Positions 24,260-32,000 of a stretch of DNA of 32,000 nucleotides are shown one piece after another (position 1 is the first letter of the stretch; every line of letters starts with the position of its first letter). The notes beneath the pieces are model-generated. The model was not told the DNA's origin. It ran no database searches and saw only the letters and a list, made by a program, of their open reading frames with translations. Source of the DNA: Candidatus Terasakiella magnetica (GTDB lineage Bacteria; Pseudomonadota; Alphaproteobacteria; Rhodospirillales; Magnetospirillaceae); the NCBI GenBank assembly GCA_902729415.1, contig LR746520.1:68728-100727 (forward strand), in the 5' to 3' direction. Made by a program: the position numbers and the translations under genes.

Positions 24260-27200
24260 CACGAATTTCCTTCCGTCACCCCGGTGCCGCGGCTCTGCCA
24301 CCAGCGCTTGGCGCGGGCCAGCGACAGATAGACCACCGGAGTGGTGTACAAGGTCAGCAACTGGGACAGCAGCAAGCCGCCGACAATGGCAATACCCAAA
24401 GGTTGGCGCAGGGCACCGCCCGGACCCGAGGCCAGGGCCAGCGGCACCGCCCCCAGCAGCGCCGTCGCCGTGGTCATGGTAATGGCGCGGAACCGGGTAT
24501 GGCAGGCGGCCAGAATAGCCTGATCGGGGGTGGCCCCGGCCCGTTCGGCCTCGATGGCGAAATCCACCAGCAAGATGCCGTTCTTCTTGACGATGCCCAT
24601 CAGCAGGAAGACGCCGATAACGCTGATCAGGGTCAGCTCGGTGCCGGTGATCATCAGCGCCAGTAAGGCACCGATTCCCGCAGACGGCAGGGTCGAGATG
24701 ATGGTCAGAGGGTGCAGCATGCTTTCGTACAGCATCCCCAGCACGATATAGATCGCCAGCAAAGCGGCGCCGATCAGGATGGGCTGGTCGCGCAGACTTT
24801 CGGCGAACACTTTGGCGTTGCCAGCGAATTCCCAGTGAACCCCGGCGGGAAGACCGATAGCCCGCGCCGCACCTTGCAGACGTTCCGCCGCTTCGCCCAG
24901 CGGCGTGCCCGGCGCCAGATTGAAGGTCAAGGTCGCCGCCGGGAACTGGCTTTGGTGGGCCACCGTCACCGGCGCGGTGGTGGTTTCGATGCGGGCCAGG
25001 GATTCCAAGGGCACCTGGGTACCATCTTTGGCCTTGACCCACAGGGCCTTCAGCGCCGACGGATCTTCCTGCTGGGCCGGGTCCACCTCCAGCACCACCT
25101 TGTACTGATTGCGCTGGGTATAGATGGTCGAGACCTGACGCTGGGCGAAGGAATCCTGCAACACCTGATCGATGTCGGTGACGTTGACTCCCATGCGGGC
25201 GGCGGCGTCACGATCGATCACCACCTGAATCTGGGGAATGGCCGAATCCTGGTCACTGGAGACATCCACCAGCCCCGGCTCGGCCTTCAGGCGCGCCACC
25301 AGCTTGGGTGTCCACTCGCGCAGCTCTTCCAGGGATTCGTCCCACAGCACGAACTGGAACTGGGCCTTGCCCATGCGGCCGCCGATACGGATATCCTGGC
25401 CGGGGAACATGAACACCGCCACGCCCGCCACCTCGGCCAGCTTGGGCCGCAGGCGGTTGATCACCTCCTGGGCGCTGGCCTTGCGCTGGGACAAGGGCTT
25501 GAGGCTGATGAACATGCGTCCCTGATGGCCGGTGCCGAAGCCCCCCGCCCCCACGAACGAGCCCAGCCCCTCCACCCCCGGATCGGACAGCACCACCTCG
25601 GCAACCTTCTGCTGACGTTCGGAAATGGTGCGAAACGAGATATCCACCCGCCCCTCGATGGTAGCGAAGACCAGACCGGTGTCTTGGGGCGGAAAGAAGC
25701 CCTTGGGTACCGCGCCATAGAGGGTGACGGTCAGTGCCACCGTCGCCACCACCACCGCCAGCATGAAACGCTGATGGGCCAGCACCCATACCAACCCGGA
25801 TTCGTAGGAGCGCTGCATGGCCGTCAGCACCGCCTCGCCTCCCCGCGCCAGAATCGAGGGCGGGCGCGCCTGCCTGCGGCTCATGAGATGCCCGAACAAG
25901 GTCGGCGTCACCGTCAAAGACACCAGCGCCGAAGCCACGATAGCCACCGACAAGGTGACGGCGAATTCGCGGAACAACCGCCCCAGGATGCCGCCCATGA
26001 ACAGCAGCGGAATGAATACCGCCACCAGCGACAAGGTGATGGAGACCACGGTGAAGACGATTTCGCGCGCGCCCTTGACCGCCGCCTCCAGAGGGCTTTC
26101 GCCGTTTTCCATGTGCCGCGTGATGTTCTCGATCATGACGATGGCGTCATCGACCACGAAACCGACCGAGATGGTGACCGCCATCAGCGAGATGTTGTTG
26201 AGGCTGTAGCCCATCAGCCACATGACGGCGAAGGTCACGGCCAAGGACAGCGGTACCGTGATCGACGCCGCCAAGGTCGGCGTCAGCCGCCCCAGCGACA
26301 GATAGACCACCAGGATCACCAGAGCGATGGAGATCATCAAGGTGGTCTCCACATCCTCCAGATTCCCCCGGATATTGCCGGTACGGTCCGACAGGATGGT
26401 GACCTTGGTTCCGGCGGGCATCCACCGCCGCAACTGGGGCAGGATCTCCTTGATGCCGTCCACGGTCTCGACCACATTGGCGCCCGGCTGCTTGTTGATG
26501 ATCACCAGCACGGCACGGTCGCGGTTAAACCAGCCGCCCAGGCGCGAGTTCTCGGTGGCATCCACCACCTTGGCCACCGCCGACAACCGGACGACGGCGC
26601 CGTTGGCGGCGCGCACCACCAAGGGCGCATAGCCCGAAGCGGTAAAGAGCTGGTCATTGATGCCGATGGACAGCGCCTCGGTCTCACCGTCGAAGCCGCC
26701 TTTGGGCATGTCCACATTGGCCTGGGCCAGGGTGGTGCGCACATCCTCCATGCCCAGCCCCATGGCTGCCAGGGCCTGGGGATTGACCCGCACCCGGACG
26801 GCGGGCTTCTCGGCGCCGCTCAAGGTCACCTGCGCCACCCCGGAAACCTGGGAGATGCGCTGGGCCAGAATGGAATCTGCTGCGTCGTAGACCTTGCTGG
26901 GCGGCAAGGTGTCCGAGGTCACCGCCAGAATCAGGATTGGCGATTCCGCCGGATTGACCTTGCGGTAGGTAGGCGGCTGGGGCAGGTCCAGCGCCAGTTC
27001 GGCGGCTGCGGAATTGATCGCCGCCTGAACGTCGTGGGCAGCGCCATTAATGTCGCGGTCGAGATCGAACTGCACCGTGATTGAGGTCGCGCCCTGGGTG
27101 CTGGTCGAGGTCAGCTCGGCCACACCCGGGATCTCGCCCAGCCTGCGCTCCAGCGGCGCCGCCACCGTCGCCGCCATGGTCTCCGGGTTGGCGCCGGGCA

Positions 27201-27351
27201 GCCGTGCCGAGACCGAGATGGTGGGGAAATCCACCTTGGGCAGCGGCGCCACCGAAAGCCGCGCCATGGCGACGACGCCGGTCAAAAACAGCCCCAGCGC
27301 CAGCAGCATGGTGGCGACAGGACGGCGGATGAACAGTTCGGAGAGGCCCAT
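24259..27351 (-). CDS. mdtC: RND (HAE1) multidrug efflux permease, MdtC-like
   Basis: 1030 aa with the 12-TM AcrB/MdtBC architecture. The N-terminal region LFIRRPVATMLL...VDFPTISVSARLPGANPETMA...FDLDRDINGAAHDVQAAIN...PTYRKVNP closely parallels E. coli MdtC as I recall it. It is the second of two tandem RND genes after an MFP gene. Confidence 0.85.
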   Translation of the reverse strand: MGLSELFIRRPVATMLLALGLFLTGVVAMARLSVAPLPKVDFPTISVSARLPGANPETMAATVAAPLERRLGEIPGVAELTSTSTQGATSITVQFDLDRDINGAAHDVQAAINSAAAELALDLPQPPTYRKVNPAESPILILAVTSDTLPPSKVYDAADSILAQRISQVSGVAQVTLSGAEKPAVRVRVNPQALAAMGLGMEDVRTTLAQANVDMPKGGFDGETEALSIGINDQLFTASGYAPLVVRAANGAVVRLSAVAKVVDATENSRLGGWFNRDRAVLVIINKQPGANVVETVDGIKEILPQLRRWMPAGTKVTILSDRTGNIRGNLEDVETTLMISIALVILVVYLSLGRLTPTLAASITVPLSLAVTFAVMWLMGYSLNNISLMAVTISVGFVVDDAIVMIENITRHMENGESPLEAAVKGAREIVFTVVSITLSLVAVFIPLLFMGGILGRLFREFAVTLSVAIVASALVSLTVTPTLFGHLMSRRQARPPSILARGGEAVLTAMQRSYESGLVWVLAHQRFMLAVVVATVALTVTLYGAVPKGFFPPQDTGLVFATIEGRVDISFRTISERQQKVAEVVLSDPGVEGLGSFVGAGGFGTGHQGRMFISLKPLSQRKASAQEVINRLRPKLAEVAGVAVFMFPGQDIRIGGRMGKAQFQFVLWDESLEELREWTPKLVARLKAEPGLVDVSSDQDSAIPQIQVVIDRDAAARMGVNVTDIDQVLQDSFAQRQVSTIYTQRNQYKVVLEVDPAQQEDPSALKALWVKAKDGTQVPLESLARIETTTAPVTVAHQSQFPAATLTFNLAPGTPLGEAAERLQGAARAIGLPAGVHWEFAGNAKVFAESLRDQPILIGAALLAIYIVLGMLYESMLHPLTIISTLPSAGIGALLALMITGTELTLISVIGVFLLMGIVKKNGILLVDFAIEAERAGATPDQAILAACHTRFRAITMTTATALLGAVPLALASGPGGALRQPLGIAIVGGLLLSQLLTLYTTPVVYLSLARAKRWWQSRGTGVTEGNS

Positions 27352-27356
27352 CGCCC

Positions 27357-30300
27357 CTACTCCGCCAGATCCGTGGCCAAAGGCGTCTCACCGGCCAGCC
27401 GGGCGCGCAAACGCTCCAGCGCCAGATAGATCACCGGCGTGGTGTAAAGGGTGATGAGCTGGGAAAGCAGCAAGCCGCCGACAATGGCGATACCCAAAGG
27501 CCGCCGCAGCTCGGAACCGGTGCCGCTGTCGAAGGCCAGGGGCAAAGCCCCCAATAGTGCCGCCATGGTGGTCATCATGATGGGACGAAAACGCAGCAGG
27601 CTGGCCTGGAAAATGGCATCGTAGGGAGTGTGGCCCTCGACCCGCTCGGCCTCCAATGCAAAATCGATCATCATGATGGCGTTCTTCTTGACGATCCCCA
27701 TCAGCAGCACGATGCCGATCAAGGCCACCAGCGACAGATCGTTGCCGGTAGCCATCAGCGCCAGCAAGGCCCCCACCCCCGCCGACGGCAGGGTGGACAT
27801 GATGGTCACGGGATGGATGGTGCTTTCGTACAAGATGCCCAGAACGATATAGATCACCACCAGGGCGGCGGCGATCAGCCAGGGCTCGTTGGCAAGCGAC
27901 GAGCGGAACTCGGCGGCATCGCCGTGGAACGAGCCGGAAATAGTCTCGGGCAGATCAAGGTCGCGCTGCACCGCCTCGATGGCCTCGGTAGCTTGGCCCA
28001 GCGCCACGCCGGGGGCCAGATTGAAGCTTAGGGTCACTGCCGGAAACTGGCTCTGATGGGTGATGGCCAGGGGCACCCGGCTGCGGGTCACGGTGGCGAA
28101 GGCCCCCAGCGGCACCAGGGCATTGGTGGTCGAGCGCACATAGATGGAGTTCAGCGCCTCGGGGCCAAGCTGATACTCGGGCGTCACCTCCAGCACCACA
28201 TGGTACTGGTTGACCTGGGAATAGATGGTGGAAATCTGGCGCTGACCAAAGGCGTCATACAACGTATCGTCGATGGCCTGGGGCAAGATACCCAGCCGCG
28301 AGGCCTTGTCGCGGTCGATGCGGATATCGGCCTGCAAACCGCCATCCTGGGAATCCGATGCCACGTCGGTCAGAAGGGGCAAGGCGACAAGCCGCTCCAG
28401 CACCTTGGGCACCCAATAGGCCAACTCGGCGGCATCGATATCGGTCAGGGAGTACTGGTACTGGGTGCGGCTGACCCGAGACGAAATCTGAATGTCTTGG
28501 GCCGACTTCATATGAACCGCGATGCCCGACAGTCCCGCCAGCCGCTGTGACAGCCGGGCGATGATCTGATCTGCACTGGCGCTGCGCTGCGCCCTCGGCT
28601 TCAGCACGATGGACATGTGGCCGCTATTGCCGGTGGGGTTGACCGTGCCCACCCCCAGGAACGACGCCACTGCCGTCACGTCAGGATCGGCGCGCATGAT
28701 CTCTGCCGCTTTCTGCTGGCCCTCGGCCATGGCACGGAACGAGATCTCGGGCCGCGAATCGGTGGTGGCGACGATCATACCGGTATCCTGGGTGGGCAAA
28801 AAGCCCTTGGGGATCACCACATAGAGCCAGATTGTCGCCACCAGGGTGGCTAAGGCCACCCATAGGGTCGCGGTCTGGCGCGCCAGCACCCATTCCAGCG
28901 AGCGGCCATAGACATCGCGCAATTTCAGGAACAGGCGTCCCGCTTCGGCCTCGTGGCTGCCGCCTTTCAGCAGATGGCCGCACATCATGGGGGTCAGGGT
29001 CAAGGACACCGCCGCCGAGACCACAACCGCCACCGTCAAGGTCAGGGCGAATTCACGGAACAGCCTCCCGACGATGCCGGTCATGAACAGCAGCGGAATG
29101 AATACCGCCACCAACGATACCGTCAGCGAAATGATGGTAAAGCCGATCTCCTTGGCACCAGCCAGCGCCGCCTTGAACGGATTCAGACCCTTTTCAATAT
29201 AGCGGACGATGTTCTCGATCATGACGATGGCGTCGTCCACCACGAATCCCGCCGAGATGGTCAGGGCCATCAGCGACAGATTGTCGAGCGAGAAGCCCGC
29301 CAGGGCCATGATGCCGAAGGTGCCCACCAGCGACAGTGGCAGGGCGATGCCGGGAATGAGAGTGGCCCGCCACGACCCCAGGAAGGCCCAGATCACACCG
29401 ACCACCAGTCCCACGGTCAGAACCAGGGTGAATTCCACATCCGCCACCGAAGCGCGGATGGTCTCGGTGCGGTCGGCCAGCACCGAGAGCTTGACGCCCG
29501 CCGGAATGGCGCGCTTGAGGTCGGGCAGCTTGGCCTGGATGCGATCGACGGTGGCGACGATATTGGCGCCGGGCTGGCGCTGGACATTGACGATCACCGC
29601 GGGCTTGCCGTCATACCAGCCGGCAACGCGGGAGTTCTCCACCCCCTCCACCACCTGGCCCACATCCTTGATGCGGATAGCGGCGCCGTTGCGCCAGGCG
29701 ATGACCTGGGTCTCGTACTGGCGGGGGTCGGTAATCTGGTCATTGGCACCGATGGACAGCGCCTGGGACTGTCCGTCGAAGCTGCCCTTGGGAATGTCCA
29801 CATTGGCCTTGGCCAGGGCGCTACGGACGTCTTCCAGTGACAGGTTATAGGACGCCAGCCGCGCCGGGTCCATCTGTACCCGTACCGCCGGGCGCTGGCC
29901 GCCCTCCACCAGCACACGGCCGACACCGGAAATCTGGCTGAGCTTCTGGGCCAGCAGGGTATCGGCGACGTCGTTGATGCGGGTAATGGGCAGGCTGTCC
30001 GAGGTCAGGGCCAGCACCATGATGGGCGGGTCGGCGGGGTTGACCTTGGAATAGACCGGCGGATAGGGAAGATTGGGCGGCAGCACGCCGCGCGCCGCGT
30101 CGATGGCGGCCTGGACATCCTCGGAGGCGACGTCGATATTCTTGTTGAGGTCGAACTGCAAGGTGATGGCGCTGGTCCCCTGCGATGAGGAGGACATCAT
30201 CACCGCAAGACCGGGGATCAGCCCGAACTGACGTTCCAACGGCGTGGTGATCAGCGAAGCCATGGTGTCGGCGCTGGCACCGGGCAATTGGGTCGTAACT

Positions 30301-30437
30301 TGAATGGTGGGAAAATCCACCTGCGGCAGGGCCGAGACCGGCAACATCCGAAATCCCAGCACGCCCGCCAGCACCACCGCGAAGGCCAACAGCCACGTGG
30401 CCACCGGGCGGCGGATGAACGGACCGGAGATACTCAT
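27357..30437 (-). CDS. mdtB: RND (HAE1) multidrug efflux permease, MdtB-like
   Basis: 1026 aa. FIRRPVATWLL...LPVSALPQVDFPTIQVTTQLPGAS...PLERQFG...PPVYSKVNPADPPIM parallels E. coli MdtB. The ATG overlaps the mdtA stop (ATGA). Confidence 0.85.
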   Translation of the reverse strand: MSISGPFIRRPVATWLLAFAVVLAGVLGFRMLPVSALPQVDFPTIQVTTQLPGASADTMASLITTPLERQFGLIPGLAVMMSSSSQGTSAITLQFDLNKNIDVASEDVQAAIDAARGVLPPNLPYPPVYSKVNPADPPIMVLALTSDSLPITRINDVADTLLAQKLSQISGVGRVLVEGGQRPAVRVQMDPARLASYNLSLEDVRSALAKANVDIPKGSFDGQSQALSIGANDQITDPRQYETQVIAWRNGAAIRIKDVGQVVEGVENSRVAGWYDGKPAVIVNVQRQPGANIVATVDRIQAKLPDLKRAIPAGVKLSVLADRTETIRASVADVEFTLVLTVGLVVGVIWAFLGSWRATLIPGIALPLSLVGTFGIMALAGFSLDNLSLMALTISAGFVVDDAIVMIENIVRYIEKGLNPFKAALAGAKEIGFTIISLTVSLVAVFIPLLFMTGIVGRLFREFALTLTVAVVVSAAVSLTLTPMMCGHLLKGGSHEAEAGRLFLKLRDVYGRSLEWVLARQTATLWVALATLVATIWLYVVIPKGFLPTQDTGMIVATTDSRPEISFRAMAEGQQKAAEIMRADPDVTAVASFLGVGTVNPTGNSGHMSIVLKPRAQRSASADQIIARLSQRLAGLSGIAVHMKSAQDIQISSRVSRTQYQYSLTDIDAAELAYWVPKVLERLVALPLLTDVASDSQDGGLQADIRIDRDKASRLGILPQAIDDTLYDAFGQRQISTIYSQVNQYHVVLEVTPEYQLGPEALNSIYVRSTTNALVPLGAFATVTRSRVPLAITHQSQFPAVTLSFNLAPGVALGQATEAIEAVQRDLDLPETISGSFHGDAAEFRSSLANEPWLIAAALVVIYIVLGILYESTIHPVTIMSTLPSAGVGALLALMATGNDLSLVALIGIVLLMGIVKKNAIMMIDFALEAERVEGHTPYDAIFQASLLRFRPIMMTTMAALLGALPLAFDSGTGSELRRPLGIAIVGGLLLSQLITLYTTPVIYLALERLRARLAGETPLATDLAE

Positions 30438-31663
30438 GATCCCTTGTCGCGGCGTCCCTTGCCGCCGTCCTTGCCGCCTTTAGCTTGACCCTGGCCCTGC
30501 GGGCCTTGCCCTTGAGCTTGGCCTTGGCCCTCACCGGTGCTGACGCGGCTGCCGTTTTGCAGCTTGATCATGCCCTCGGTCACCACCGTCTCGGATTCCT
30601 CCAGGCCGCTTTCCAGCAAGGCGAGATCACCTTCCACCGTCGCTATCTTGACCGGGCGCATCTCGACCGTGCGGTCGGGCTTGACCGTAAAGACGTAAGG
30701 CCCCTGAGGACCGCGCTGGACCGCCACCGCTGGGATTACCAGACCATTCAGACGGGTGGTCAGCAGCAGGCGCACACTGACGAAACCGCCTGGCCACAGT
30801 CGCCGCTCGGCATTGGGCAACACCGCTTTCATGCGGATGGTGCCGGTGGTCTGGTCGATCTGATTATCCACCAGTTCCAACTCGCCCTGGTCGATGATCT
30901 CGCGGGTTTCGGGACGGGTGGCCTGAACCGTCAACTTTCCCTCGTCACGCATATGATCATTGATGGCGGGTAGATTCTGCTGCGGCAGGGTGAACATCAC
31001 CGCGATGGGCTGGACTTGGGTCAGAGTCACCAGACCGGCGGCGTCGGAAGCCCGGACAATATTGCCGCGGTCCACCAGCCGCATGCCGGTGCGGCCGTCG
31101 ATGGGGGCAGTAATGACGGTATAACTCAGCATGGTCTTGGCATTACTGATATTGGCTTCATCAGCGCGCACCGAGGCTTCCAACTGGCGCACCAAGGCGC
31201 GCTGGGTATCGACGCTTTGGCCGCTGACCCGGTCGCCAAGGCCGACATAGCGGGAGAGATCGCGTTTGGCGGCCTCCAACTGAGCCGCATCCTTGTCCCG
31301 CGCCGCCAGGGATTGTTCATACTGGGCGCGATAGGTACGGGGATCGATCTGGGCCAGCACGTCACCGGCATGGACGTCCTGGCCCTCCTTGAACAACACT
31401 TCCACCAATTCGCCATCGACGCGCGAGCGCACGGTGACGGTGTTGTAGGCCTGCACCGTGCCCAGAGCATCGAGATAGATGGGGACATCCTTGCGCATCA
31501 CCTGGACCGCAGACACCGGCACCGGACGTCCATCGGCACCGCCTTGCTTGAAACCACCCGGCTTGCCCGCTTGCGGAGCCGGCCACACGGCATAAGCGCC
31601 GATAACCCCGGCGGCCAATAGAACCGCAAGGATGACGCCCCGGCCTCCTCCGTCTTTCTTCAT
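30434..31663 (-). CDS. mdtA: RND efflux periplasmic adaptor (membrane fusion protein), MdtA-like, with a Gly/Gln/Lys-rich C-terminal tail
   Basis: N-terminal anchor GVILAVLLAAGVIGAYAVW. HlyD/biotinyl-lipoyl-like motifs VTVRSRVDGELVEVLFKEGQDVHAGDVLAQIDPR and ITAPIDGRTG. I prefer the ATG at 31663 over the ORF-track TTG at 31678. Confidence 0.85.
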   Translation of the reverse strand: MKKDGGGRGVILAVLLAAGVIGAYAVWPAPQAGKPGGFKQGGADGRPVPVSAVQVMRKDVPIYLDALGTVQAYNTVTVRSRVDGELVEVLFKEGQDVHAGDVLAQIDPRTYRAQYEQSLAARDKDAAQLEAAKRDLSRYVGLGDRVSGQSVDTQRALVRQLEASVRADEANISNAKTMLSYTVITAPIDGRTGMRLVDRGNIVRASDAAGLVTLTQVQPIAVMFTLPQQNLPAINDHMRDEGKLTVQATRPETREIIDQGELELVDNQIDQTTGTIRMKAVLPNAERRLWPGGFVSVRLLLTTRLNGLVIPAVAVQRGPQGPYVFTVKPDRTVEMRPVKIATVEGDLALLESGLEESETVVTEGMIKLQNGSRVSTGEGQGQAQGQGPQGQGQAKGGKDGGKGRRDKGS

Positions 31664-31873
31664 GATGGGAAAGCGCAACCGCCCACTCCACTGCTTACGG
31701 GTAAGGCTGGATTATGCCCCGGCAGCAGGTGCCCTGTCTGTAACAGAGGGTAACGCCACGATCCTGACATTTTAGATAAATTTGATGGCTTGGTTATAAT
31801 TCGTCTACATCTGGCGTTTACCCTGTTGGCTCTGCCAGTGGCTGGACCTTTAAGAATAATCTGAGGGAGCGCT

Positions 31874-32000
31874 ATGTGGATCGAACAGCGGATTTGGACG
31901 GCGGGAAACGGCTGGACCGGAGCAGATACGAAAGGCGGGACGGCGGCATCTCTGGTTCTGTATTTCGCCGCCCCCGGCGCCATGGCGCCCGATGAAATCC
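31874..32000 (+). CDS. 5' end of an unidentified CDS running out of the window (possibly a FIST-type sensor N-terminus)
   Basis: The ATG at 31874 is preceded by GAGGGAG 6 nt upstream. It translates to MWIEQRIWTAGNGWTGADTKGGTAASLVLYFAAPGAMAPDEI and is open to the window edge. The FIST resemblance is from memory only. Confidence 0.35.
   Translation, partial: MWIEQRIWTAGNGWTGADTKGGTAASLVLYFAAPGAMAPDEI

Noticed and set aside
24260-25042. N-terminal 261 aa of the 731-aa ORF 22847-25042 (-)
   Set aside because: This part overlaps the 3' end of mdtC in another frame and is R/G/P-rich. A canonical lipoprotein signal peptide begins at the internal ATG at 24259, which overlaps the mdtC stop. The OMP gene is therefore 22847-24259.
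24712-27084. Very long antisense ORFs. These include the 790-aa + strand ORF opposite mdtC, plus 15642-17282 (-) opposite the NRPS, 12801-14474 (-) opposite hpnJ, 4117-5118 (-) opposite hpnA, 6239-7366 (-) opposite hpnD, 7791-8687 (-) opposite shc, 21311-22363 (+) and 18711-19757 (-)
   Set aside because: All are G/R/H/D/Q/P-rich and lack hydrophobic cores or motifs. Each lies exactly opposite a gene with strong, recognisable homology. Stop-codon depletion in high-GC antisense frames explains them.
24259-30437. The two RND permeases as the hopanoid exporter HpnN, given the nearby hpn genes
   Set aside because: Both are ~1030-aa HAE1-type pumps with N-terminal regions closely paralleling MdtB and MdtC. 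They sit in an MFP-RND-RND-OMP operon about 10 kb from the hpn genes. As I recall, HpnN is shorter and stands alone.
30440-30540. Gly/Gln/Lys-rich tail of MdtA (GEGQGQAQGQGPQGQGQAKGGKDGGKGRRDKGS), encoded by imperfect short DNA repeats
   Set aside because: Low-complexity C-terminal tails are common in membrane fusion proteins. There is no evidence of function beyond a disordered linker, so I did not raise it as a finding.
31737-31800. TCTGT-A-ACAGA palindrome (31737-31747) and a TATAAT hexamer (31795-31800) in the mdtA upstream region as operator and promoter
   Set aside because: The palindrome has only 5-bp arms. The TATAAT has no convincing -35 at 17 bp (TTAGAT), and its orientation serves the truncated + strand ORF rather than mdtA. 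This is too weak to call without TSS data.

Overview
32-kb, roughly 65% GC chromosomal segment that looks alphaproteobacterial. Rhodospirillales/Magnetospirillum-like is only a guess from the flavour of the proteins. Order, left to right: (1) a Sel1-repeat fragment translationally coupled to a 560-aa unknown protein; (2) a Cache-HAMP-MCP chemoreceptor ending in a PilZ domain; (3) a hopanoid biosynthesis cluster in two blocks: hpnA-hpnB-hpnD-shc-hpnG, a convergent hpnH, then hpnM-hpnI-hpnJ; (4) an orphan operon encoding an Sfp-type phosphopantetheinyl transferase, a 1331-aa single-module NRPS and a translationally coupled RHH protein, flanked by an HExxH protein and a small Cys-Cys-tailed protein; the NRPS has the epsilon-poly-lysine-synthetase (Pls/PosA) architecture: A-T followed by six TM helices interleaved with three hexapeptide-repeat acyltransferase-like domains, with no C or TE domain; (5) a split rubrerythrin / rubredoxin / rubredoxin reductase operon, where the 54-aa rubredoxin is absent from the ORF track and the leader carries an SD-sequestering hairpin; (6) a perfect 104-bp x 3.4 tandem repeat in which each unit contains three tetraloop hairpins; (7) an mdtA-mdtB-mdtC-OMP RND efflux operon. 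The Pls-like operon is the best candidate for an undescribed system: a membrane-bound synthetase for a cationic homopoly-amino-acid in a Gram-negative host. The other genes mostly fall into recognisable families; the 560-aa, HExxH and small Cys-Cys-tailed proteins remain unassigned. I saw no rRNA, tRNA, CRISPR array, transposase or integrase.
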